A DNA stretch of 64,000 nt, from assembly GCA_963665815.1 (NCBI GenBank), contig OY762463.1, positions 1,760,001-1,824,000 of the forward strand, in the 5' to 3' direction. A program made the position numbers and the translations under genes. A model generated the notes under the pieces. It did not search any database and was not told where the DNA came from. It saw nothing but the letters and a program-made list of their open reading frames with translations. How positions within the stretch are numbered: the stretch's first letter is position 1; every line of letters starts with the position of its first letter. This DNA is from Candidatus Cloacimonadales bacterium (GTDB lineage: Bacteria > Cloacimonadota > Cloacimonadia > Cloacimonadales > JAIOQZ01). Positions 40,601 to 49,370 of this stretch are shown here, piece by piece.

Positions 40601-41209
40601 TTTGATGAAGTAAGAGAGCTTAGACCGGAAGAACCTCAGTCATTACGCGATCTGGCACTTGCCAGTCAGGAAGCAGGTTATTATCAGCAGGCATTGAATC
40701 TGTTCATGCATATTATCAACAATGAGTGGAAAGATGAAAAAGATATTAAAACTATCGTGCTCAACGAAATGAATAATCTCATTTTCCTCCACAATGACAA
40801 AATAAGCGTCAAAGGGATAGACCCGATATTTATCAACTATATGCCTCTCGATGTCAGAATTGTACTTGAATGGAGTAGTAAAGATGCTGATGTTGACCTG
40901 ATTGTGATGGAACCTGGCGATGAGAAATGCTGTTTCTCCAACAGATACACCAAATCAGGTGGAAAAATGACTTCTGACATGTCAAGAGGATATGGTCCAG
41001 AGGAATATACAATACGTTATGCCCCAAAGGGAATGTTCAGGGTAAAAGTGAGGAACCTCACTGAAAAAAAATACTTAGAGAAGTCTGCGATTGTTGGATA
41101 TGCTTCTATCTACACAAAGTATGGCACTAATGATCAGACTGTGCAGAAACTGACATTCGAGCTGAAAGAACAGGGTGAATTACTGATGCTGGGGACAATA
41201 AATCCTTAG
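37700..41209 (+). CDS. Secreted VIT - vWA-like - carboxypeptidase-regulatory - TonB-plug-like - TPR - DUF2135 protein (paralogue 2)
   Basis: Collinear with 27420..31100: FAQVPSL, VEVVGNIATTTYDM, WDVSNSG, LRPEEPQSLRDLAL and GYGPEEY. Confidence 0.88.
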   Translation: MKKLLTLLLFVIVCTGFAQVPSLDIVSRRSFKPVELRELNVEVEVVGNIATTTYDMTFYNPNHSELAGIFSMPLTEGQEICRYAMETRGELREGVVVEKVKARQTYEAEVKRGKNPGIVSKTKGNFFKTKVYPIPKKETKRIVFAISQTLDGDADNYFYSLPLENGQRIKKFDLSIRVANSDVVLKGFLNTLKKLVYSNEKGYRVIKYSDKKFKADKTLEFEIPKYKDNDYAVYTGEYEGETYFYVTMKAPELQDTRKKAPSSVAVFWDVSNSGYRRNLSEELTFLREYLKMLPGSTRISVSGFSNDINYYKEFNDSKSGQEILDYIKTFSYDGGTNLNNLDLPDDYDEIILFSDGINTIGEESALESSRPVYTVSSAAGSNYTFLHKTAEASDGEFLNLSRFGIVYCLKKITTVRRKSLSYKIKSGDVYSIYPKIKTTIDKHFEFSGIISSDEAEIEVDFGSSNGEKVTRSIKIKTENNVPVHRIWATKKMHFLERDYDTNKDEILNLGREHTIVTRNTSLIVLKSIYDYKKHGILPPPDMLTSYNKYSYETKEKTTESKAHLQKRNLQLLERLLNWYIDINDTSNNLTDIDNFQNDNNKTYKEYTNSRYPGGHGSLSGVIKDKDKANLQGVFVLVRDNGELIGHTLTDEKGEYCVDNLPTGPCSVEIKKIGYQSLIFDNIAITGSNDILDANLSIQTLKSNVICIKGSSSPKGSSSPGYNASEDIKSINDLISQSPGTITVSGKSHARGGRGTETKIMIDGMQASDNVDGGAALGVFPSGSYKNPYGYQTYDASDDSDNIDKALNAQSFAMNIITSKDNEHEAFLIDIENLEKVDFSSDNLYITKDNDELLKNMKYDYQRERYLSSRAAGLKLISWNQDSVYTQRLLAAEPDSLGRIYFNFKKNNMNNPFFYYNSSMVFEQRGLPDAARRILTNMVEIDLENAELIRLVARQLLSIKDYDGALALFDEVRELRPEEPQSLRDLALASQEAGYYQQALNLFMHIINNEWKDEKDIKTIVLNEMNNLIFLHNDKISVKGIDPIFINYMPLDVRIVLEWSSKDADVDLIVMEPGDEKCCFSNRYTKSGGKMTSDMSRGYGPEEYTIRYAPKGMFRVKVRNLTEKKYLEKSAIVGYASIYTKYGTNDQTVQKLTFELKEQGELLMLGTINP
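39821..39856 (+). repeat. 18-bp in-frame tandem duplication (KGSSSP x2)
   Basis: AAAGGCAGTAGTTCCCCA present twice. Confidence 0.9.
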
Positions 41210-41225
41210 AAAACATATTGAACTT

Positions 41226-41255
41226 AAGCCATCTTTTTTCGGGGATGGCTTTTTT
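41226..41255 (+). terminator. Intrinsic terminator
   Basis: AAGCCATCTTT-TTTC-GGGGATGGCTTTTTT. Confidence 0.75.
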
Positions 41256-41451
41256 CTTTGGCTGTACAGAATCTGCTCTGGCTGTAGGATAAATTATGAG
41301 AAAAGACTACTCTATTATAGCAAAGCTCTCAGATAATTATCTCCTCCTGGAAGACATTGTAGGGACACCAAAAAACAATTAATAAGCTTGACAGGATAGG
41401 CTTAGATTGAGTTGTGTGTTAAAAAACTATGTCAAATGAAATGGAGATTTT

Positions 41452-42339
41452 ATGACAAAAGGAATAGTACTGGCAGGAGGAGTTGGGAGTAGACTGTATC
41501 CAGTTACCAAAGTATACAGTAAACAGCTTGTTATGGTTTATGATAAACCTTTAATTTATTATCCGATCTCAATACTCATGCTTTCCGGTATAAAAGATAT
41601 CCTAATTATTACCGATGAAGATACAATTCCTTTATACAAAAAGCTATTTCATGATGGAAATCATATTGGGTTGAACATATCATATGAGATTCAGGAAGAA
41701 CCAAGAGGTATTGCAGAAGCATTCATCATTGGAGAAGATTTTATTGGCGACGACAGTGTTTTTCTTATTCTTGGAGACAACTTCTTTTACGGCAAGCTGG
41801 ATTTTCTTCGAGAAGCAGTAAAGCAGAATGATGGTGCTACAATTTTCGGATATCACGTTTCAAATCCTCGAAGATTTGGGGTGGTAGAGTTTGATGAAAA
41901 TGAAAATGTTATCAGTCTGGAAGAAAAACCTTCTGACCCTAAGTCTAATTATGCAGTTCCAGGAATATATGTTTATGACTCAAATGTTGTAAAGTATGCA
42001 AAACAGCTTTCACCATCTAAACGTGGAGAACTTGAGATAACTGATCTCAGCAGAATCTACATGAATCACGGAAAACTCAAATGCATCAAAACCGGTAGAG
42101 GGCTTGCCTGGTTAGATACCGGAACCCCAACTGCACTATTGAATGCATCGAGTTTCATTGGAGCAATTGAAGCTCGTCAAGGACTAAAAATAGCCTGTCT
42201 GGAAGAAATTGCCTTGAGAAATAATTTTATTACTATCGAACAGTTTTCAGATTTAATGAAAACTATTCCAGAGTGTAACTATAAAGAATATCTTCAAAAT
42301 CTGTCATCAGATACAGAATCTGGTTTCGATATTATTTAA
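41452..42339 (+). CDS. rmlA: Glucose-1-phosphate thymidylyltransferase
   Basis: GIVLAGGVGSRLYP, SKQL..VYDKP, LILGDN, EEKP, RGELEITD and AWLDTGT motifs. Confidence 0.95.
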   Translation: MTKGIVLAGGVGSRLYPVTKVYSKQLVMVYDKPLIYYPISILMLSGIKDILIITDEDTIPLYKKLFHDGNHIGLNISYEIQEEPRGIAEAFIIGEDFIGDDSVFLILGDNFFYGKLDFLREAVKQNDGATIFGYHVSNPRRFGVVEFDENENVISLEEKPSDPKSNYAVPGIYVYDSNVVKYAKQLSPSKRGELEITDLSRIYMNHGKLKCIKTGRGLAWLDTGTPTALLNASSFIGAIEARQGLKIACLEEIALRNNFITIEQFSDLMKTIPECNYKEYLQNLSSDTESGFDII

Positions 42340-42347
42340 GGACTAAA

Positions 42348-43583
42348 ATGAAAAAAATTCTACATGGACTTGTTTATTTTTTCCTGTTATACCCGATTTT
42401 ATCTTTTCTTTCATATGAATATACTGATACGCTTATAAACTCAATTGCATTTCTGCTTTTGCTTGTAACCATATCTCTTTTCTTTGGAATAAAGCTTGTA
42501 ACAAAATCCAGACTCAAAATTCCAACATATTTAAAATTCTATATTTTATTTTTCACATACCATACATTCGCAGACTATGTTTCCGGCAACATTTTAAGTA
42601 CCGGAGTAGTAAGATATGTTTACACGAACTATTATCTCTCAATGCTTTTCATGATGATAATCATCGAAAACTATTCTTTTGGCAGTAAAATAATAAAGAT
42701 CCTTACTGCTGGTATTAAACTGACTATTATACTTGGTGCAGTAGTCAGTATCATTCAGATAGAAATGCATGATTTTTTTACATTAGAGAGTATTGCTACA
42801 AGATATGATGAAGCTGATCTTATGTATAGATGTACTGCTATATTCAGTTATATAGGCAGTGGTGTAATTGGAATTGTTGTACCAGCATTTCTGGCAATAT
42901 TGTTTAGTCTATCAACTTTAGAAAACCAGAAAAACCTGTTCTATTATGTATTATGTGCGATCATTATCCTGTTATACAAATCCAGATGGGTTATGATTTC
43001 ATTCATGATTGCTATCTCTCAGAATATAAAATTCGACAAAAAATTCATCATAAACTCATTCAGATACTTGATTCTAGCAGTCATAATGATTGTAATCACT
43101 ATCTCCAGTTCAATTATTCTTGATTTAGATACTGAGAGGTATGTCACAGAGCGTCTAATGAGTAGATCAACAGAAGCTCGAGTCAGGAGTTTACAGGTTT
43201 TCTTAATCCACTTTCCCAAACATGCTTTACTGGGATCAGGTAACACTATGTCAAATGATGTTGTACGTGACCTAGGAGGAGCATCTAAAATTATCCACGT
43301 TGGATTCCTAGCACTTTTCTATTCTTATGGAATTATCGGAGGTGGTATATACTGTTTATACATGTATTTTCTTTTGAAAAAACTGAAAAAGGAAAGTGCT
43401 ATCTCAGGATTTAAAGCGCATTATTTTGTATTTATCATGTTTGTCATCTCAAATATAACTCTGGTGATTTTCCATACATTTAACTATAGTATAATCATTT
43501 CATTTATATTCCATAACTACTATAGAGATAAAGCTATTGCCCAACAGAAAAGGAAACAGCAGTTAGAATTACAAACAGCCTGA
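42348..43583 (+). CDS. Wzy/O-antigen ligase-family polytopic membrane protein
   Basis: About 11 TM helices, KSRW motif, periplasmic loop ending ..IHVGFLALFYSYGIIG. Confidence 0.7.
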   Translation: MKKILHGLVYFFLLYPILSFLSYEYTDTLINSIAFLLLLVTISLFFGIKLVTKSRLKIPTYLKFYILFFTYHTFADYVSGNILSTGVVRYVYTNYYLSMLFMMIIIENYSFGSKIIKILTAGIKLTIILGAVVSIIQIEMHDFFTLESIATRYDEADLMYRCTAIFSYIGSGVIGIVVPAFLAILFSLSTLENQKNLFYYVLCAIIILLYKSRWVMISFMIAISQNIKFDKKFIINSFRYLILAVIMIVITISSSIILDLDTERYVTERLMSRSTEARVRSLQVFLIHFPKHALLGSGNTMSNDVVRDLGGASKIIHVGFLALFYSYGIIGGGIYCLYMYFLLKKLKKESAISGFKAHYFVFIMFVISNITLVIFHTFNYSIIISFIFHNYYRDKAIAQQKRKQQLELQTA

Positions 43584-43697
43584 GTATTACGTTGAAACAA
43601 AATACTCGGATTTGATACATACTGAGTCTTAAGTCGTGCTGTAACCTGAGAAACCATTTAAATGAAACAAAATTTTATACTCCCATAAGGACATAAT

Positions 43698-44780
43698 ATG
43701 AAACTAATGATGATAATGAACTCGCTGGAATCAGGAGGTAGAGAAAGAAGATCGCTTGAACTCCTGAAACAACTACAAAATTACTCAAATATTAAAATAC
43801 ATATTGTATTTCTCAGTAAAGCTATTTTTTATCAGGATTTTTTCGATCTGCCTTATACATATTCTCTCTATGAGAGAAAGACTAAGAAAGATCCATCCTT
43901 GCTGTTTAAGATAATCAGGGAAGTTAAACAATTTAAACCTGATTTAATGCATTGTTGGAGTACAATGCCCACAGTATACTCTATCCCGGCTTCATTAATT
44001 ACAAATACACCTATTGTAAATTCAATGATATCAAATTCACCTTTGAGTTTTCCCTTGAAAGCCAGAATATTCAACACATTAGCAGCAAAATTTTCTAAAA
44101 TAGTTTTGTCTAACTCATACGCCGGTATAAAAGCATATGGAACTCCACCATCTAAAACTTTTTGTATACATAATGGATTTGATATGTCCAGGATTAAAAG
44201 TATTGATTCAGTACCTGACATAAGAAAGAAAATGAAAGCTGAAGGTAAAAAAATTCTTGGCATGGTTGCTATTTTTGCAGAAAGAAAAGATCATCCAACA
44301 TTAGTCAAAGCTGCACTGAATCTGCTAAAAACCAGAAATGATTTTGTCATTGTCTTTATTGGTATAGGACCTCTGGAAGCCAGTATTAAGAATATGATAC
44401 CTGAAGACCATAAAGATAGTTTTGTTTTTTTAGGACAGATAGCAAATGTTTTTGCTTACATTAAAGAATTTTACGCTGGTTTACTTGTTTCCAAAGTTGA
44501 AGGAATGCCAAATTCAATAATGGAATATATGGCTTTAAAAAAACCTGTTATTGCCACCGATACAGGAGGAACCAGTGAGTTAGTCGAATCAGGTAAAACA
44601 GGATACATTGTAAAACGATCCAATATCAACGAACTTTGTGAAAAAATAAACATGTTACTGGATAGACCCGAATTGGCTGAAAAGTTTGGTGACGCAGGAT
44701 ATTTAAGAGTTAAAGAAAAATTCCAGTTAACCACCATGACACAAAAATTCGTTGATATATATCACAAAGCACTGGAATAA
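43698..44780 (+). CDS. Glycosyltransferase family 4
   Basis: GGRER, IHNG and EGMPNSIMEYMA..KPVIATDTGG motifs. Confidence 0.92.
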   Translation: MKLMMIMNSLESGGRERRSLELLKQLQNYSNIKIHIVFLSKAIFYQDFFDLPYTYSLYERKTKKDPSLLFKIIREVKQFKPDLMHCWSTMPTVYSIPASLITNTPIVNSMISNSPLSFPLKARIFNTLAAKFSKIVLSNSYAGIKAYGTPPSKTFCIHNGFDMSRIKSIDSVPDIRKKMKAEGKKILGMVAIFAERKDHPTLVKAALNLLKTRNDFVIVFIGIGPLEASIKNMIPEDHKDSFVFLGQIANVFAYIKEFYAGLLVSKVEGMPNSIMEYMALKKPVIATDTGGTSELVESGKTGYIVKRSNINELCEKINMLLDRPELAEKFGDAGYLRVKEKFQLTTMTQKFVDIYHKALE

Positions 44781-44978
44781 TCTCATTAGCATTATATCAT
44801 TTAGTGTTGCTTAACTGTTTGATAGTGTTAAACAGATGATCCTGCAAGTGTATTAACTATTCATATAGTGACATTAACTGCAATATTTACTTTATTCTTG
44901 ACAATGAAGATACAGCTCTGACATTGGGAAAATGAAAATTACATTGTAGCATCTTTTCAAAAAGCATATACATTTAAC

Positions 44979-45006
44979 TGCTGAATGCTGAATGCTGAAT
45001 GCTGAA
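44979..45006 (+). repeat. Heptamer tandem repeat (TGCTGAA)x4
   Basis: Read directly; lies just upstream of the epimerase RBS. Confidence 0.9.
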
Positions 45007-45027
45007 TGAATAAGAATTGGAGATTAA

Positions 45028-45972
45028 ATGAAGAATTTATACTTAGTAACTGGTGGAGCTGGATTCATCGGATCAAATATAGTCAAAGAAATCCTTAATA
45101 GAGGGCATAAAGTCAGAGTACTTGACAACTTCTCAACAGGTAAAAGAGAGAACATTCATCAGTTTATGCCTAATCCAGATTTTGAACTGATAGAAGGTGA
45201 CATCAGAAGTTTCCATATAGTCAGAGATGCTGTAAAAGGTGTTGATTTTGTCCTACATCAAGGAGCACTGCCTTCTGTTCCGCGATCCATTAACGACCCA
45301 ATTACATCAAATGATGTAAATATACTTGGAACTCTTAATGTTCTTGAAGCTGCACGTGAATTTAACGTAAAAAGAGTAGTGTATGCATCTTCTTCTTCAG
45401 TTTATGGAAATAATCCGAAACTTCCCAAAGAAGAAAGTATGAAAATCTCACCATTATCTCCATATGCACTAACTAAGTATGCCGGAGAAAGATACTGTCA
45501 AATTTATACTCAGATTTATGGCGTAGAAACTGTTTGTCTTCGTTACTTCAACGTATTTGGCCCAAATCAGGATCCTAATTCTCAATATAGTGCTGTAATT
45601 CCCAAGTTCATAAATATAATGAGAAATGGAAAACAACCTATCATTTATGGAGATGGTGAGCAATCTCGTGATTTCACTTATGTTGCGAACAATGTACAGG
45701 CTAATCTTCTGGCATGTACTGCAGAAAACGCAGCTGGAAATGTTTATAATATTGCCTGTAATGAAAGATACACTCTTAATGATCTTGTTGCTCTTATTAA
45801 CAAGTACCTTAATACAACTATAGAACCGGTTTATCAGAAAGATAGACTTGGAGATGTAAAACACTCACTTGCATCTATTGGCAAAGCGGAGAATGATCTC
45901 GGTTTCAATGTAGTGCGTACTTTTGAAGAAGGGCTTGCGGAATTAATTGAGTATGTCAAGCAACAAGCCTGA
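45028..45972 (+). CDS. NAD-dependent nucleotide-sugar epimerase (WbpP-like UDP-GlcNAc 4-epimerase family)
   Basis: TGGAGFIGS, PSVPRSI, ASSSSVYG, YALTK and LRYFNVFGP.QDP.SQYSAVIP motifs. Confidence 0.9.
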   Translation: MKNLYLVTGGAGFIGSNIVKEILNRGHKVRVLDNFSTGKRENIHQFMPNPDFELIEGDIRSFHIVRDAVKGVDFVLHQGALPSVPRSINDPITSNDVNILGTLNVLEAAREFNVKRVVYASSSSVYGNNPKLPKEESMKISPLSPYALTKYAGERYCQIYTQIYGVETVCLRYFNVFGPNQDPNSQYSAVIPKFINIMRNGKQPIIYGDGEQSRDFTYVANNVQANLLACTAENAAGNVYNIACNERYTLNDLVALINKYLNTTIEPVYQKDRLGDVKHSLASIGKAENDLGFNVVRTFEEGLAELIEYVKQQA

Positions 45973-47035
45973 TATTTGTGTTTTCATAAGAACCCTTAAT
46001 ATTGGAGGAGCTGAAAGGCAAAGCATGTATCTTGTAGATATGCTCTCCAAATACTACAATACTTATCTTCTGGTTTTCCATGGAGAATTTGTTGATGATT
46101 CCTTTTTGGATTTTACAAAGAAAAATAACATCCGGCTTGTCAGACTTTCAGGTAATACAATACAGAAAATTGGGAAATTGTATCTGTTCTTCAGAAAGAA
46201 AAATATTGATATTGTTTTTGGATATCTTACTTTGAATAATGTTCTGGGGGGAATTTTCGGACGTCTCGCCGGAGTTAAATACATTATTGGTGGAGCTCGG
46301 GGAAGTGAAATTGAGAGATATAAAACTTCAATGTGCAAGTTCATTCATAATTATGTATCCAACTATACAATATTCAATAGTAATGCTGGAAGAAAAGTCT
46401 TTGAAGACTTCGGATTCAATCCTGACAAATCCGTTGTAATAAATAATTGCTTTTATCTGGATGAATTACCTCGAGAAAATGTAATCAAGGATAAACCGAT
46501 TATTATATCTGTTGGAAGATTTGAAGATGTCAAGGATTATATAACTGCCATCAATACAGCACATATTCTAAAAAATAAGTACAATCTTGATTTTGAATAT
46601 AGAATATGCGGCTATGGAAAAAATGAAATTGCCATCAGAAACCAGATCGAACTGATGAATCTACAGAACTGCATAACTGTTCACATTAAACCTGACAACT
46701 TAATGGAGCTTTACAGAACTTCCAACATTTACCTTTCAACATCATTGTTTGAAGGATTTTCAAATTCAATAATGGAGGCTCTGAGTTGTTCTCTGCCAGT
46801 TGTTTGCACTGAAGTCGGAGATAACAAATTGCTTGTAAAGAATGACAGTAACGGCTTCAGGCACAATGTTGGTGATGCAGAGTCACTAGCTGAATCAATA
46901 TACAAAATCTCTTCTGATTCAAAAATGCTGGAGAAAATGGGACATAACAGTTACACTCTTTTAAGAGATAATTATACCGAAGAACCTTTTTTGAGAAAAT
47001 ATCTGGAATTGATTTCCAGACTTATTTCTTCCTGA
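45953..47035 (+). CDS. Glycosyltransferase family 4
   Basis: GGAERQ, VGRFEDVKD and EGFSNSIMEAL..LPVVCTEVG motifs. Confidence 0.92.
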   Translation: MSSNKPDICVFIRTLNIGGAERQSMYLVDMLSKYYNTYLLVFHGEFVDDSFLDFTKKNNIRLVRLSGNTIQKIGKLYLFFRKKNIDIVFGYLTLNNVLGGIFGRLAGVKYIIGGARGSEIERYKTSMCKFIHNYVSNYTIFNSNAGRKVFEDFGFNPDKSVVINNCFYLDELPRENVIKDKPIIISVGRFEDVKDYITAINTAHILKNKYNLDFEYRICGYGKNEIAIRNQIELMNLQNCITVHIKPDNLMELYRTSNIYLSTSLFEGFSNSIMEALSCSLPVVCTEVGDNKLLVKNDSNGFRHNVGDAESLAESIYKISSDSKMLEKMGHNSYTLLRDNYTEEPFLRKYLELISRLISS

Positions 47036-48566
47036 TTTTACGTCCTATAAATTCCTTAAACTGTTTCCTTTCCCATCCTCTTAATCCTATAAAATAGTAA
47101 GTAATGAGATACAATCCACATGATAATGAAAGATGAAGCAATAGCTGAATGAAACTTTTAGGTTGATGCAGCATTGAAATACTCCAGGTTACAGCAGCAA
47201 TCAAAACACCAACTATAAGTGTTTTTAATACGGCCTGATTAATAAAATCTTTCAGCTTGATTTCTGCAAATCTACATGCTTTTGGAATGTTGTATACAAC
47301 AGCAAAAATTACATTAGGAATGATTGTACCAAGAGCAACACCAATAATTCCAATTTTGTTAATCAACAGAATACTTATTCCCAGATTTGCCAGACACTCC
47401 AGAACTGCAATTAAAGTAAGCTCTCTATGAACATTGCCCATCAATAGGATATATACCGATGAACTTCTCAGGAAAACCAGAATATACATAGATACAAGCA
47501 AAATCAGAGCACAGATATATCCCTGTTCTGCTCCCGGATTTGTATTCATTTCAAGCCATATATCGAGTAGTGGACGTACATAGATTATCAAAGGTATCAA
47601 GAACATTGTAGAAATAAATCCAAGCAGTCTGTTAGATTCAATAAGAATCTTACCCAGCTTAGATGTCTGATTTGAGGCAAACAAAGTGGCTGCTATAGGA
47701 CTTAGATTGTCCAGAAATTGAGAAGAGAATGATCGAAATGTTTCTGCCAGCCGTGATGCAATCTGATACACAGAGACCAATGCAACGGATGCAAAAATTG
47801 AGATAACCATCTGGTCTGTCCTGAAAATTATCAGGTTCGTGAATGTAATGATATAGGCGAATATAGAGAACTCCATCACCTTTTTTATACCTTTAATATC
47901 GTAATACCGAATACCTATCCTTAGCTTCGGCATCTTTCTGAAACAGAAAAAGCCCATTATAATGTTTCTGGCAAAGCTGGTTGACAATGTGATTATTGTA
48001 ATTACTTTCAGCTTATATCCAAAATGAAATGCTGTTAAAATAAGCACAAAATTAAGTATCATGAAAGTAAGCTGTATATAGTTTCTCAGCTTTATCTCGT
48101 GTAATCCCCTCAAGATCTCTGTAACGAAACCCGTAGGAAACACTATTGCTGTACCAATTCCAAACATTAGAAATACTGACTTGTAATATTCAATGTCTGT
48201 ACCTTCCTGAAACTTGAAAAGATCGCCAAGATAGAAAGAGAGTACATAAGTAGCTATTACAATTAATATGGCTAATCCGGAATAGTTAAAGAAAACAGTA
48301 GTAATAAGTCTGTTATATGATTCCCAGTCCTGAGTTGCAATATTTTCACTTGTGGATTTCTGGATTGCAGCCCCAAATCCAAAGTCAAGCAGCAGAGAAT
48401 AACCAAATATTGTCCAGAGTAAAGCCCAGAAGCCATAGCTTTCCGGAGAAAGTCCCATGAAAAGGACTCTGGTAAGAAATATCGTCATTACCATACCAAT
48501 TACGAGCTTTCCATAATTGGAAATCGTATTGGCAATCATTTTAGCTCTGAGGCCAGTACTGCTCAT
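47022..48566 (-). CDS. wzx: Oligosaccharide flippase (MOP/PST family)
   Basis: About 14 TM helices; YGFWAL..LLDFGFG, RTDQMVI and IGIIGVALGT motifs. Confidence 0.88.
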   Translation of the reverse strand: MSSTGLRAKMIANTISNYGKLVIGMVMTIFLTRVLFMGLSPESYGFWALLWTIFGYSLLLDFGFGAAIQKSTSENIATQDWESYNRLITTVFFNYSGLAILIVIATYVLSFYLGDLFKFQEGTDIEYYKSVFLMFGIGTAIVFPTGFVTEILRGLHEIKLRNYIQLTFMILNFVLILTAFHFGYKLKVITIITLSTSFARNIIMGFFCFRKMPKLRIGIRYYDIKGIKKVMEFSIFAYIITFTNLIIFRTDQMVISIFASVALVSVYQIASRLAETFRSFSSQFLDNLSPIAATLFASNQTSKLGKILIESNRLLGFISTMFLIPLIIYVRPLLDIWLEMNTNPGAEQGYICALILLVSMYILVFLRSSSVYILLMGNVHRELTLIAVLECLANLGISILLINKIGIIGVALGTIIPNVIFAVVYNIPKACRFAEIKLKDFINQAVLKTLIVGVLIAAVTWSISMLHQPKSFIQLLLHLSLSCGLYLITYYFIGLRGWERKQFKEFIGRKIRKK

Positions 48567-49370
48567 CTATTGTTTCTCAGTCTGTTTTGGTCTTCTCACA
48601 TTCTTTGAACTGAATATCTTGAAGTCAACAACTCTGGCATATTTGTTTTCCAGTTTTCTCTTGTTTTTATCAAGAACAACCTGTTCTCCATGTATATACA
48701 TTTTGAGACGATTTCTCTTAACACCTTTATTGACAAGATATTCTATAACACTGTCAGCTCTTCTTTTGGAAAGATCAATATTGTATTCTTTATCTCCCAT
48801 TTCATCTGCATATCCATGAATCTCCAGAAAATATTCCTTATTCTCATTCATAATGACAGCAACTTCTTCGAGTTTTGGCTGCTCTGATTTTTTAATGTTA
48901 TCTTTATCCAAATCAAAGAAAACTACAGGAAGAATCATTGCTACACTGCGTTCGATGATTTCACGTTCAACGATAATCTGCGGTTCCTGAACAAAATCAA
49001 GTGAATCATTATCCTGACTCTGTCTTTCCCACGGTTGATATTGTCGTTTTGGTTTTACATTCATGTATATAGTCATAGATTTGGCAACCGGTGGAACAGG
49101 AAGATAAATATTCTGCGGATACTGATTGGGGTAAATCGGTTCTGCAACGATATTTATTTCTTTCTTCTCTCCCCAACTGACATTAGTCTGAATTGGTGAT
49201 GTTCCGTAGTATACACCATCAATAAAAATCTTTGCTTTTGTCGGGTGAGTATTAATCTTGATATACCCATTATCCATACCAGGAGGCACCGGATGCTTAG
49301 TATATGTAACACAGGAAATCAAACTTAACAACATTCCTGTTAAAACTAATAATTTTGAAAATCTTTTCAT
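48567..49370 (-). CDS. PEGA plus OmpA-like peptidoglycan-binding lipoprotein
   Basis: Lipobox LISC; PEGA motif INTHPTKAKIFIDGVYYGTSP; OmpA_C motifs VFFDLDK and GYADEMG..YNIDLSKRRA. Confidence 0.85.
   Translation of the reverse strand: MKRFSKLLVLTGMLLSLISCVTYTKHPVPPGMDNGYIKINTHPTKAKIFIDGVYYGTSPIQTNVSWGEKKEINIVAEPIYPNQYPQNIYLPVPPVAKSMTIYMNVKPKRQYQPWERQSQDNDSLDFVQEPQIIVEREIIERSVAMILPVVFFDLDKDNIKKSEQPKLEEVAVIMNENKEYFLEIHGYADEMGDKEYNIDLSKRRADSVIEYLVNKGVKRNRLKMYIHGEQVVLDKNKRKLENKYARVVDFKIFSSKNVRRPKQTEKQ

Noticed and set aside
41256-41400. Possible REP/MITE-like or structured element between VIT paralogue 2 and rmlA
   Set aside because: Only weak partial repeats (GGCTGTA twice) and no second copy in the window.
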